DNA from: Mesotaenium endlicherianum
Taxonomy: Eukaryota
DNA length: 64,000 bases
Direction of reading: 5' to 3'
Assembly: GCA_009602735.1 (NCBI GenBank)
Contig: WELA01002297.1
Coordinates: forward strand, 62,001 to 126,000
Shown in pieces: positions 22,427 to 39,554 of the stretch. The notes under the pieces are model-generated. The model worked only from the letters and a program-made list of their open reading frames with translations, did not search any database and was not told where the DNA came from. Made by a program: the position numbers and the translations under genes. Each line of letters starts with the position of its first letter. Position 1 is the first letter of the stretch.

Positions 22427-25400
22427 CAGCTTGTGTGTGAGAGCACGAATGAGCAAGACAATGAGAAGTCTTGCTAGAGTGGCGAACATTGAGCGAGAAG
22501 GGAGCAGGCAGTAAGCACACAAATGTGAAGCAGATTTGTGCAAGTAGTGTCGAGCAGAGGAGACAGCTTTGAGAGTTTGAGAGAGGAGACTGTGAGAGAG
22601 GGTGAGCTAGTAAAAAGGGGAGTGCAAGCAGACAGTAAAACCTCGTTAGAGTGAGCAGCCAGGAAGCGGGCTGTATGTTTGCTAGCGGGCTTGACTTGTG
22701 CTCAGAAACTCAAACCAAAAAATAAAAAGGGAAGAGGCAAGGCATTAAGATTTGTAAGGTGTGAACAGATGTGAGCGGGCTAATGTGCACTGGCAAGAGG
22801 GCTAAGAGTGCAAAGAGGCAGTGCGGAAATAACAAGTTACAAGAGGAGAGAGAGTGAGGATGGGCTGCGCGCACTTCAGCTTGCTGAGAGGAATTTGAGA
22901 GATAGCAGCTGTGAGTGTGCTGAGAGGTTTTGTACTGCAAGAGAGTGAGCAGAGCATATGGAAATTACACAGCACAACAGATAGTGAGAACACGCAGAGA
23001 AGGCTACAGCAGGACGTGGCGTAAGAGTTGGAGCAAGAGAAGATGCGGCAGCAACAAGCGAAGCAACAACTACAGCAAAAAGAATGCAAAGTGTACAACA
23101 TGGGGGGATGCCCCGTGGAGTTCAAGTGACCAAGAGATGGAGGTACCACCTTTGCAATCAAAGTGATAATGTGCATTGCCATGGCAAAATGAGATCTGTG
23201 TACAAAGAGTACATCTTGTGGGTGCTCCAGTGGTACTGCCTAGTAGCAGGCAAAAGAGTGAATGTGAGTGCATGTCTATTGAGGAGGGGCTGCTGAGCCT
23301 GAGTTATGATGAAGTATGGAGCACGACATTTGGGATTGCTCCAAGGCTTTGTGGAGTTGATTCAGCAGATATGTGTAATCGAGAAAGAGTCATTCTAAGG
23401 AGTCTCGAGAGAGTCTACAGAAGAGGGTTTTGGGAGCAGATCTTAAAGAATATTTCAGTGATGAATGAGTGAGTAAAAAGTGCACTGGGGAGAGTTCAAC
23501 TAGTGGGATTGTAGAAGTAGAAATCAGTCGGAATTGGATAATGTTGGAGAGAGTTTAGTGAGGGAAGTTCTGTCAGCTAATACAGGTACATTGTAATCTT
23601 CCTGTGTGATGAGAAAAGAGCTGTAGATAAGCTGTGTAACAGCTGAGGGAGAAGTGGGGTTAAGAGAAGCTGAGTGGCTGTGAGAGAGTGTGTATATTGT
23701 TAGGAGATATATAGTTGCTGTGTGAGTGTGAGTGCCAACATCAGAGCTGTGCCGGCACATCGGCCCAATGCTACATATATCTATGAGGAGCAGCGTAGGT
23801 GGTTAAGGAGCTGAGATGGCTGGAGAGTGCAGCCAGGATAACTTAGAGGGAGCTGCTGATAAGCATGGTGGTGAGAGGATACATTGTGTAATGTGCTAAA
23901 ATTAAAATATGGGGGTATGAGTAAATATGGAGAGGGTACTTATATTGAGTATTTGACGAGAGAGTGTAAGAGTTTAGCAGAAGGGTAAGCCTTGCTGGTG
24001 GACAGAAGATATCGTAGAGGAAATATAAGGGAGTGCAAGAGGGAGCAGGAAGTAGGTTGTTGAAGAAAGAGAAATATTAAGAGAGATATTGCCAGTCTAC
24101 TTGAAAGGAGGGGTGAACTGTTAAGCCTGAGCAGCTTGGTGAGGGAAGGAGAGACTACATAGTAAGAGGGAGTACAAGTGTGGTGATTACTGGTTTGGAC
24201 AAAGAGTATAGCAAAAGAAGAGAGCTGCTGAGACTCAGCAGGTGTAGCAAGAGAGGAAGTCCGCATTCTAGAGAGAGGAGAAGATAAATGTCAATGGCAA
24301 GAGCTGGCTGAAGCTGGCTAAAGCTGGCTGGAGCTGGAGCAGAGGTGTGCTGGAGCTGGTTGGAGTTGGCTAGAGCTGGCTGGAGCTAGAGCAGGATTGT
24401 GTTGGAGCTGGCTGGAGCTTGAGCTGGAGCGGAGATGGTGCTGGATGAAGTCAGCCTGAAGGATAAAGCCAAGGATGGAGTCTGGAGCAGAAGGCAGGAT
24501 CTGAAGAAACAAAAAGAGAAGATTTGGGCTAAGTTGTAGGGTGTGTTAGTATGACTACATTTGACTCACTGCTTTGTACAAAAATGCTAGATATGGAGGA
24601 GAACCAAAAATTAGAGTGAGTGCTATATTCATTTAGCTAGCAAGTCTGTTGAGTTGTGCTAAGGCGTTGATTGGTTTTGGGTGTCATGGTGTCTTGAGTG
24701 TAATTGTGAGGAGTGAATTAAAGTAGAAGCTGAGAGGGAGTGTTGAATATGTGCAACTTGCTACTTTAAGTTGTGTATATTAGCTTGATGAAGTTTAGAC
24801 GAGTGTGAGCTGAGTGGTAGCTCTGTGGTGGATTAGTATAGTGACGATGTAAAAGTGTGTGAATCGACCATTGACTTTAGGTGTTGACTTGTGTGTTGGT
24901 AGTCTAGAGGTCAAAATTGATCATACGTTGTCTGTTGATTGACTTAGCTTGTCAATGTGTGGATTGATAGGTAGTGACGGTTTACGTGAGTGTGTGGTAG
25001 CCGCCACCAAGGTGATTAAGTAGGCGAAAGAACATGTACGTGATTGCACTCTAGGAAGTAAGAAAGAAAGGTTGCCGGAGACGTGAGCAATGGAGGCCGA
25101 TGCGTATGTGAATGGCCTTGTGCAATATTATGTGAGTGTGCGTATGTAGGTTGTATCACTGTAATAATGATATAACCAAGTGTGTGGAGTTGAGCCGTGA
25201 GTGCTCCTCCTGGGTTCAAGTGAGAACCCAAGTGCACTTATGTGCACGAGAGGCTTAGCGTATTGAGAATTGCTGTGAGCACAACTTGTACGAGTGTAGC
25301 CTAGAGGACTGGAGCGGAAGTCTTACTGACTCCGTGAGCCAGTCATTTCACAAGCTCTACAGAGTGAGCTTGTTCGAGGGTGTGAGTTTATGGACTCAAG

Positions 25401-25550
25401 GAGTGTAGCCTGCCTTGATCACTGTCGAGCTGAGGTTACTCCAGTGGCGGACGAACTCCAAAGGAAGAGGGAGTTTAAGTGACTCCAAGCGTGAGTGAAG
25501 GTTAGCCCCAGTTATGTGTCGGCAACGTGAATTAATGATTATTTTTAACA
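22427..25550 (+). mobile_element. Highly degenerate, non-coding copia-derived element with 3' LTR 24741-25550
   Basis: PPT GCTGAGAGGGAG (same as the other copias here) precedes TGTTGAA; the LTR ends TTTAACA exactly where copy C gag resumes. Internal region is purine-rich with no intact domain. Confidence 0.6.
24298..24445 (+). repeat. Degenerate tandem repeat of GAGCTG/GCTG units
   Basis: Direct reading: GAGCTGGCTGAAGCTGGCTAAAGCTGGCTGGAGCTGGAGC... Confidence 0.8.
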
Positions 25551-27697
25551 CCTTCTTGCTGCAATGTGCACATATTTGCGCCTTGCTAGCAGACAGCTGC
25601 TTAGCATCAGAATAAGGACAATCTCTCTTCTGATGTCCTGATTTCCCACAATTCCAACATCCGTTTGCTGTTTCAGCAGTGTTGGCATGCTTAGCAAACC
25701 TATTGAAAGACCCGCTCTTCTTTTTAAAGTAAAAATTAGAGCTGGTGGCCTTAGGCGGAGAGGATTCCTCCCTCCTCTCTGGAGCCAAAAGCGTCCTGGA
25801 AGCCTCTTTATACCAGACTTTACCTTCCTTGACATTGCATGCTATCTCAGCAGCTTCGTCAATATCCCAGTCGATTCCGCGCTTTGCAGATAGATGCGGC
25901 CTGACTTCTCAATCTGTATCTTTGCCCAAACACAATAAGAAATTGTCAACCACTATTCTGGGCTCGTGGATTCCTTCATTCTTGGCAAGATCCACCAGTC
26001 TGGACTTAACCTCCATCACTGTCTCGTTCTTTTGACGAACAAAGTGCACACAGCGGTGCACCTTGAGACTGCGGTCCTCTGGGAACTTGATTTCAAGCAA
26101 TTTGAAGAAACGACGCAGACAATGCTCAACATCCAATTGGTCATCGCCAGCTTCCATATCTCTACAACAACTGGCCAACGCTTGCGCATGGCTTGATTCT
26201 GTAGAGGCACTATCGCCCTGCTGACCATTAAAAGGTGCGGCTCTACACGTTACTCGGTCCTGAGCATTGGCGATCTTTTTAGATAGCTCTGCACACACTC
26301 TACTCAATTTCGCGATAGATCCTGTATCATTCTCCTAAGTAGTCGCTCTTTGCTGACCCTCAGTGAGTTGCGTCATGGTATCCGCTAATTCTTCTGTTAG
26401 TGCAGTCAAGTCTACGCTCTCAACAGGTGCAACAGGCATTGCTCTTCCTGGAGACAAAGCGGACATGCGGGCTTTTGCAGCCTCTTTCTGGATTTTCAAA
26501 TCCCTAGCCTTCTTTTGCTCTCTAAATGCCCATTCCTGAGTACGGTCCTCATCCTTCCGGAAACTGGCGATAAAGAAACAAAGCATCCTTGCCCAAGTAC
26601 TAAACCAGACTCATAAATGCAAGACGAGCCCTTCCGGATCTTCTCAAAGAAATCAGCCCAGTAGATTTCATCAAACTCTTCGAAAGTGAGACTGTTGCCA
26701 CCGGTTCGTCCACTAAAGCACTTGGTAGACAACTTGAACTTAGGATTTTCATCCCTCTCATCACCAGCCACCTCAAAAGGTGACCAGTAAACACTGAATC
26801 TTACTCCAGCGTCTAGCGTTCTGCCCAAACCAGGTGCAAGATAATGCTCGCTATACAGATTCTCACCGTTTGCAGAGATTTGTCGAGCAGCGTCTCTCGA
26901 CGTATGGTCTCTTCTTGTGTAAGGTCATAGGTTTATAAGTGCATTTTTGAGTTTCATGAAAGTATATTTTGATTGCATAGTAGTGTAGAGTGCATTTTTG
27001 TGGTCATTTTGATATAAAGTTCATTGAATTTGCTCAAGTATTGAGAGAGTTATGGATTTCCGAAGTATAATTAGTTTTGAGGTCGGTTGACGACTGTCCT
27101 TAATTCGCGGTGAGCGCGACCGTCGGATTGACCGACAGCGTCGAGCGATCTGGCCCGTTAGAATGAACTCGAACCTTCACGTAAGTTCGGTTGACGCGGA
27201 GTGCCGACTAGGTCGATTTACCTAGAAGTTTCGGTTTAGCCTAGCGCGTCTAAGATAGAATATTCTAGTAATGTCGATGCATGTATGTGGACGTCAATTT
27301 AGCCCGACACGTCAGATTAGACTGATCTGGCTTTCTCACGAATATTCTGGAAGGGACGATTTGACGAACACTTAGGAAAATCCGTAGCTTCCTCCTAGGG
27401 AGGAGCACTTAGGCAGAAAATTATAAATAGGCATAACTTCTTTGTTTCTTATCGATTTTCACTTCTGTAAATTCCTACGGGTTTGTAATGACAAGGCCTT
27501 TCATCCCACATCATTTGTGAGCAGTTTCATGCCACTCAAAATATCAAGTAATTTTCCTAAGCTTTCTTAGCAATATGCCGCTGCACTCTTGAGTATGATT
27601 GCAACTAGCTTTGTTCCTCGTGAGTCACTACGCTTCCACTAGGGCACTCTGCCCCTTTCATCTGGTATCGGATCAGGCCTAGTTTGCATATTATATT

Positions 27698-28699
27698 ATG
27701 GAGTCGCAGCCGGCAGCTGGAGGAGGCGAACATGTCGAGCATGTTGAGCGCACGGGGCAACAGGCAGCACCAACAATGACCAGAGAGCAACAAGAGATGC
27801 AGGCGATGCTAAGACAAATGGCAAATGCAATTGGAGGAGAAGTCTACACCCAGTTTCAACAAAATATGCGCGCGGAGGTGGAGAGAATGGTGCGAGTTGT
27901 TATGGGGAACGCCGCTTCGACGAGTTCGGCACCTGCACCTGTTGTACCACCAATTCATGTTAACCCAGTGGTGCAACCAGTTATTCCACCCGCATCAGGA
28001 GTGCGTGCGCCTAAGCCTGAAGTTTATACTGGAGAGCGTGGATCGCCGCCTGTTCATCAATGGATTTTTGGAGTGAAGAAGTTTATGGAGTATTCTGCGC
28101 TTACGCCCGACAGGCAAGTCGCCTTTGTCATAACTTTGCTGCAGAAGAGTGCTGGAGCTTGGTATGAACGAGAAGAGCAGTTGTCTGGAGTTCCTGCTAC
28201 TGTTGATCAGCTATTTGAAGGCTTGAAGAGGCAATTTCAACCTATTGCACCCGAGGCTACCGCTCGAGATCTATTGGTGCGCCTTCGTTAACGAGCAAGC
28301 GTTCAGGAGTATGTTTCGCGCTTCAACGAGCTGGTGCTTCAATGCCCATCCATGCACGAGTCAGAGATGATGGACAAGTTCAAGAGGGGACTCAAGCCAA
28401 CTGTGGCCAAGGAAGTGGCGCTCAAGGACCCTACCAGTCTTGGAGAAATGATGGCATTGGCAACAAGGGTCGACGCTGTGGAGTATAGTCAGAGGCAGTG
28501 GGGCAGCCACAACTTTGGAGGATATCGACACTTTGGATCTCAAGCGCCAAGCACGAGTGTTCAAGGTCCAGTACCCATGGAGTTGGGACTTGTGCAGTAC
28601 CAGCGCAGGCAGCAGAATTTCAAGCCGAGAGGACCCTGCTATAGTTGCGGCAAGCTTGGACATCTGGCTCGAGACTGTCATGTGAAGGCGAAGCAACCT

Positions 28700-28729
<30 letters not shown>
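27698..28729 (+). pseudogene. Chromovirus gag (one in-frame stop at 28289-28291)
   Basis: PKPEVYTG..AGAWY..QFQP; PVPMELG; CCHC knuckle CYSCGKLGHLARDC. Confidence 0.9.
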
Positions 28730-32271
<3,542 letters not shown>

Positions 32272-32427
32272 NNNNNNNNNNNNNNNNNNNNNNNNNNNNN
32301 NNNNNNNNNNNNNNNNNNNNNNNNNNNNNNNNNNNNNNNNNNNNNNNNNNNNNNNNNNNNNNNNNNNNNNNNNNNNNNNNNNNNNNNNNNNNNNNNNNNN
32401 NNNNNNNNNNNNNNNNNNNNNNNNNNN
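32272..32427. other. Assembly gap (N run)
   Basis: Run of N covering the PPT and the start of the 3' LTR. Confidence 1.
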
Positions 32428-35400
32428 ATTTTTGTGGTCATTCTGATATAACGTTCATCGAATTTGCTCAAGTATTGAGAGAGTTATGGATTTCCGAAGT
32501 TTAATTAGTTTTGAGGTCGGTTGACGACTGTCCTTAATTCGCGGTGAGCGCGACCGTCGGATTGACCGACAGCGTCGAGCGATCTGGCCCGTTAGAATGA
32601 ACTCGAACCTTCACGTAAGTTCGGCTGACGCGGAGTGCCGACTAGGTCGATTTACCTAGAAGTTTCGGTTTAGCCTAGCGCGTCTAAGATAGAATATTCT
32701 AGTAATGTCGATGCATGTATGTGGACGTCAATTCGGCCCGACACGTCAGATTAGACTGATCTGGCTTTCTCACGAATAATCTGGAAGGGACGATTTGACG
32801 AACACTTAGGAAAATCCGTAGCTTCCTCCTAGGGAGGAGCACTTAGGCAGAAAATTATAAATAGGCATAACTTCTTTGTTTCTTATTAGTTTTCACTTCT
32901 GTAAACTCCTACGGGTTTGTAATGACAAGGCCTTTCATCCCACATCATTTGTGAGCAGTTTCATGCCACTCAAAATGTCAAGTAATTTTCCTAAGCTTTC
33001 TTAGCAATATGCCGCTGCACTCTTGAGTATGATTGCAACTAGATTTGTTCCTCGTGAGTCACTACGCTTCCACTTGGGCACTCTGCCCCTTTCATCTTGG
33101 GTCGTCAGCCCGCTCAGATGTCTCGCTATGTCGTGGACTCTGGCTTGAATCAAAGCCTTCCACAGGCTCCACGGGATGATAGAGTCTCCCACTCCTCAGC
33201 CGCATATACAGCTGAGTTTCCCCGGGTCCCCTTCCAGGTTGACCACCGGCAAACCTTACAGGTCTCAATCCCCAATTTGCTTGGGAATTCTTGTTCACCT
33301 GAACCAATCAACAAGTTCTCAGAAGTAGGACGGAAGAGTCTTGCTTCCACATAGGCTTACGCCCAAGTTGAGGGTAACAAAATGAACAAATTTGTGGCGT
33401 ACAGAAATCACGTCTAAGCAGCTTAACAAACAATGCCAGATTCAGAGAAAATCGCCTTCGCGACTTTCGCTTAACTTTCACAAGTCCCAACTTACAAAAT
33501 CCTAAAACTGCACATTCATGCTGGCCTGGTTTGAACTCTTCGCCCAACACCGCGTCTCAGCAGTTCTTCACTGCTTGGCTAGGCTGACTCAGTTCTTCAC
33601 TGAGAGCTCAACTGCTTTACTGCTCTTGCTATCAGCAATTCGACTTATGTGCGACTTCTGAGAATTTGGGACTAACACAATTACTCACCATTTTATATGC
33701 TCTTCGCAAACTTGTGGTGTTTTGTCCAAATCTGCGCTAATCTCCTAACAGATGCTATTTTGCAAGTTCTCTTCTGTCTACCAACGAGATTCCGCCTTGG
33801 GAACTCCTGAATCCTAACTTTATATGGTACAGTGCAAAGAGATCTTCAAGTGTCGGCAGCCGCGTGGATTCTCCGTTCTCTTGCGCCCTTGGGAACTCCT
33901 TCTCTTCGCGCTCCTTCTTCTTTCTCCTTTCTGCTCCTGCGCTCCTTCTGCTTCCTTAGCAAAGTTGTGCACGCAAGAATGAGGCAGCTTCGTGTAGGAC
34001 TCGTGCCTTTTGTAGGCACCACACATTGTTCTCTCTCAAGAATGCCAGTGCTTAATTACAGCTGGCCTTGCATGCCGTCCTCACCTAGCAGCTCTCAACT
34101 CATCCTAACACTGGTCACTTAGCTTGCATGCATGCCTCGTGACTATCGCGCGTGACTGCTCAGCCTTTTGGCTGGCAATTGTGCTTATATGGCTGGTGAC
34201 TGGCTGCGTACTCGTGGATCCAGCCAAATTGGCATTTGACTCCTCTACTGCATCTCGGCAATGACTTGGCTTGCATAGCCAATCACATCGTGCCTGACTT
34301 GGCACCCTGGGCTGCTCCCCGCCCATAGCCTTCCGGCTGACCCTTTTGACAAATCCCTTCCCATCCCTGAGTGTGGGGACTGACATACCATGACCACTTC
34401 TCAGTGACCATGACGTTGACTTGCCCGCTGGTTGACCTGACATCAGCCTTTGGTCGGTAAGTCAACGCTGACTTTTTTGTACTTGAGCGGCCGTGAGTTG
34501 CGCTGCGCGTGCGGCATCGTCAAACGAATAGCAGTCGCGACACCTTTTTTCTTGTGCAAAAGGACGTTAGTGATGAGATCATAGTGAAAGGTGGCAAGAT
34601 GTACATGGCGTTTGGGGATGTGAAGGATAAAAACAGAGTTAGCATTGACATCAACACCATGTATGAGAGGGTGGGGCATTATTGGACGTACAAACTTAGA
34701 AAGGATGGTGGAAGGTATCCGAATACGGCTTCTGTCCTTCTGCACATGGTGAAGTCAGGGAAGTATTATCCTCGTACCCACCATATTACACAAGGCGGCA
34801 GTGTCGTGCCTAACAGTGTCGGACCCTTGGCACGTGTGTAGCTTCTCAGCACGTGTGCCTTCGACCTGGTCGATGTGTCGGTGCGTCTCTGCACGTGGGA
34901 AATCCCCTGGGTTGATCGACCTTCGCACGTGTGTCGGCGGCAGACTCTTTGGAGTAGACTCATTTCTGGTCCTCCTGCACCTCATCATGCAAGTGCAACA
35001 TCCAAACGTTTTAGTGCTTCCCACTCAACCACTTAATCTCTTCAGCATTCTTCATGCTTAACAGAAGTTTCAAAAAGTTTGCCTATCTTCAATCTCCCTT
35101 ACAAAGACGAAAGAGTCTTACTTCCACATAGGCTTATGCCCAAGTTGAGGGTAACAGAATGAACAAATTTGTAGTTTGCAAAAATCACGTCTAAGCAGCT
35201 TAACCAACAATGCCAGATTCAGAGAAAATCGCCTTTACAACTTTTGCTTAACCTTCACAAGTGTCAGCTTACAAAACTCTGAAACTGCACATCTATGCTG
35301 GCCTGGTTTGGTCTCTTCGCTCAATACCGCGCCTCAGCAGTTCTTCACTGCTTGGCTAGGCTCACTCAGTTACTCACTGAGAGCTTTAACTGTTTAACTG

Positions 35401-36522
35401 CTCTTGCTATCAGCAATTCGACTTGTTCGCGACTCTTGAGAACTTAGGATTAATACAGTTACTCACCATTTATATGCCCTTCGCACACTTGTGGTGTTCT
35501 GTCCAAATCTGCGCTAATCTCTCAACAAATTCTATCCCGCAAGTTCTCCTCTGTCTACCAGTGAGATTCCACCTTGGGATCTCCTGAATTCTAACTTCTA
35601 TGGTATAGTGCAGAGAGATCTTCAGGTGTCGGCAGTGGCGTGGATTCTCCGTTCTCTTGCGCCCTTGGGAACTCCTTCTCTTCGCGCTTCTTCTCCTTTC
35701 TCCTTTCTACTTCTTTAGCAAAAACTACAAACGCAAGAAGGAGGCAGCTTTGTGCAAGACTCGTGCCTTTCGCAGGCACCATGCATTGTTCTCTCTGGAG
35801 AATTCCAGTGCTTAGTCACAGCTGGCTTTGCATGCTGTTCTCGCCTAGCAGCTCTCGAACCAATCTAGCCATTGTCACTCAGCTTGCATGCAGGCCTCGT
35901 GACTGTTGCGCGTGATTGCTTAGCCTTTCAGCCAACAGTTGTGCTTATGTGGCTGATGACTGGCGGTTTTCATAGCCAATCAAATCGTGCCTCGGGGCTG
36001 CTTCCCGCCCGCAGCCTTTCGGCTGACCTTCTTGGCAAATCCCTTCCCATGCCATGACCACCTCTCAGTGATCATGACGTTGACTTGACCGCTGGCTGAC
36101 CTGAAGACAGTCTTTTGGTCGGTGAGTCAATGCTGACTTTCCGTACCTGGGCAGCCGTGACTAGCGCTGCGCGCGTGCGGCAGCGTCAAAAGGGTAGCAG
36201 TTGCGACAGCTGTCGTGCCTAACAGTGTCGAACCCTTGGCACGTGTGTAGCTTCTCAGCACGTGTGCCTTCGACCTGGTCGATGTGTCGGTGCGTCTCTG
36301 CACGTGGGAAATCCCCTGGGTTGATCGACCTTTGCACGCGTGTCGGCGGCAGACTCTTTGGAGTAGACTAATTTCTGGTCCTCCTGCATCTCATCATGCA
36401 AGTGCAGCACCCAAACGTTTTAGTGCTTCCCACTCAACCACTTCATCTCTTCAGCATTCTTCATGCTTAACAGAAGTTTCAAAAAATTTGCCTATCTTCA
36501 ATCTTCCTTACACCCCTCCCTT

Positions 36523-39500
36523 TCAGCTTAGGCGTCCCTGCCTTTTTGTTGAAAGCTTCTTATCTCCTGTTCTGCGGCTAGGGGTTTGAGGAAGGCTGTC
36601 AGGACATTCCCAACGTCCTGCCATAATCTCCTCTTCACCAACGCAGAAAGTGTGCCAACGGGCACCACACTTATCGCAAGTTACCATTGCTTCTTGATCA
36701 TCCAATACTTTGCAACTGGCAGAAGGCATGGCCGGCACTAATTCCTCAGGCACAGCCCTAACCGTAGGACCAACATTCGGCAAATGGCACAGCGAGCAAT
36801 TCTGCACGTGATCTCTCATATTCTTGCCATCAGAACCTTCCAGTTCTAACACACCATTGTCCAATGCATGTTTCACGCGCAAGATCACTGCACGTGAACT
36901 GGTGTCGATGGTGGTCTTGGTCTGGCGCTTGCGGTAGACAAAGTCTCCTTCCTGGATCTGCGTCATTTGCAGGCGACAGCTCCCATCTCGCGTCTTAACG
37001 TAACGTTGCGTGTCTCTTTTCTGCGCAATTCTCAGGTTGTCCAGCGCGGCAGGCATCATGCGCTCAAATAGCACCTTGCGGCGTACCATCACCCTTAACA
37101 ACTCATCAGGATCGTCCAGGTTTTTCACCATTTCAATTTCCTGCTTGATGCTGCTGGGTACAACTGGACTTCTTCCAAACAGAATCTGATATGGCGAGAA
37201 ATTCGCCAAAGCTACTTGCTTGCTGAAACGGTAGCCCATAACTAGCCATGGTAGGGCCAGATCCCAATCCCGCTTGTCATGCTCAAGGCAAAACTTGCGT
37301 AAGGCAGACTTAATAGTTTGCACCGTCCGTTTTGCTAGACCATCTGCTTGCGGGTGGTCTCTTGATGTAGTGTGATGATTAATGAAGCATTTTTCCAAGA
37401 GTTTCTAAAAAGACCCTTGGAACTCAGACCCTTGGTCTGTCAGCACTTCTGCTGGAGCTCCATGACGCACAATCACATGGTTAAGGAATGCCTCCGCAGT
37501 CCCTAAGCTTTCCTTAGCGGTAGAGGAACGACCTCTATCCACTTAGAAAAATGCTCAATCATGACCATGATATACTTGTTACCTTGCTTGGACAGCGGTA
37601 GCTCACCTGCGAGATCGCAGCTCCAGCAATAGCCTAGGCCCATGATTGGCAAAGGTTGCAGGTGTGAATGTTGCTGTGTAAAACCAGCCTTGACCATATC
37701 ACATCTTTGACAGTCCTTGATCACATCTTCACACTGTTGTTTCATACCCCTCCACCAATAAGACAGCTCTAGAAGACTATATGTCTTCTTGACACCATAG
37801 TGCCTAGTGTTTTCATGCATTTCCTGCACGAGAGCTCGTCTCTTGGTAGGTTCTGGCACGACCTTCTCCTGTCCAGTTTCTTCAACTCTGAAGAGGTTGT
37901 TGCGTTTCTAGCAAAACCTTTTAGCGCAATGACTTACTTGGTCATTTTCTTTCAAGGATGTCCCCTCCAGATGGGTCCCTGTTTTCAACCAATGCATAGT
38001 GGCTTGATCTTTCCAGATCTCTGGACTGAACAACGGTAGGGGCTCAGCTTCACTTGACGCTACTATTCCAGCCATTTCGGCTAGACAAGCTGCCAACTCT
38101 GCTGAATTGCTCGGGTCTTTGTCTTCTCGAGCCCCTGTTCGGTCCTCTGAAGATGGGTCTGGGTTCCTGCTAAGTCCATTGGCGTCATTGTTAAGTACAC
38201 CTGCTCGGTGCACCACCGTCATCTAATACTCCTGAAGCTTAAGAGCCCAGCGAGCCAGCTTGCCGGTAAGATCTCCATTCTTCATCAGCCAAAGTAATGG
38301 CGAGTGATCTGTAATCAGCGAGAAAGGTCTTCCCCAAAGATACTCTCTGAAATGTGTAACAGCCCAAACCACTGCCAGCAGCTCTCCTTCATAGGACGAA
38401 TAGTTGCTCTCAGCTCGGTTGTTAGAGCGAGATGCATAGGCAATGACGTACTCCTCCCTTGGGCTTGCAGCTTGAGTGAGTACTGCGCCAATTCCTACAC
38501 GACTCCAGTCAGTGTTGAGGTTGAACGGCTTAGAGTAGTCAGGCGTTTGCAAAACTGGGGCTGTCACCAGCCTCTTTTTAAGCTCGTTCATGGCCTTCTC
38601 CTGGGCTTCTGTCCACACAAAAGGTACGTCCTTTTTCAGGAGTTCCTGTCAAGGGTTTAGCAATTCTGGTATAGTCCTTCACAAACTTGCGATAATATCC
38701 ACTTAGCTCTAGAATAGCTTTAAGCTTGAACACATTCGCAGGTGCAGGTATCTTCAAGATATCCTCAGTCTTTACAGCCTGAGGGGACATAGCATTGTTC
38801 CCAATCTCAAGTCCTAAGTAGAGCACGTGTGCCTCAAAGAACCTACACTTTCCAGGATGTAGCGTCATCTGGAATTTCTCCAGGTGCTGGAACACTTGCT
38901 CCAAGTGCTCGAGATGCTCTTTAATGGACTGGCTAAATACCACCACATCATCAATGTATGGTTTTGCAAAATCCAGTCCTTCTAGCACTTTATCCATTGT
39001 CCTCTGAAATATGGCAGGGGCATTTTTCAACCCAAATGGCATTAGTGTCCATTGCCAAAGTTCCCTTTGAGCCCAGAAAGCGGTCTTAACTTGATCTTCT
39101 GTGTTCACAGGGATCTGGTTGAAGCCTTGGCGCAGATCGATGATGCTGAACACCTTCCCGGTGGTGGCAATTGCGAAGATTCGCTCTGGCGTAGGCATCA
39201 CATAGCTATCTGGCCCCTTGTGAAGGTTCAGTCGCCTGTAATCTCCACACATACAAGTGGCAGTATAGTTGCCAGCTTCGTCCTTCTTAGCGACTACTAC
39301 TGTGGGAGCCCAATGCACTGAAGTTGATTTTTCAATCATGTGGAGTTTGTGCAACTCCTGGCAGGTTTTCTCCACACAATCCATTCTGCCTGACTGAGCT
39401 TATGCGGCCCAAGTCTGACTGGGTTATCCGTAGTTAGCGTGATTTCACACATACTGGCCGTGGTTCTGCCAATCTCCTCCTTAGTAAAAGCAAACACCTT

Positions 39501-39554
39501 GCGGTGCTTCTTGAGCAGCCTTTCTACTTGAGCTCTTTGTTGGGCTGAGACCAT
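36523..39554 (-). pseudogene. pol of copy B: RT, RNase H, DDE integrase, PHD finger (fragmented)
   Basis: ORFs 39336, 38578 (YIDD), 38223, 37908, 37503 and 36523 (HPQADGLAKRTV..CDKC..HTFC..WECPD). Confidence 0.93.

Noticed and set aside
24298..24445. CRISPR-like array
   Set aside because: Short degenerate tandem units with no unique spacers and no cas genes.
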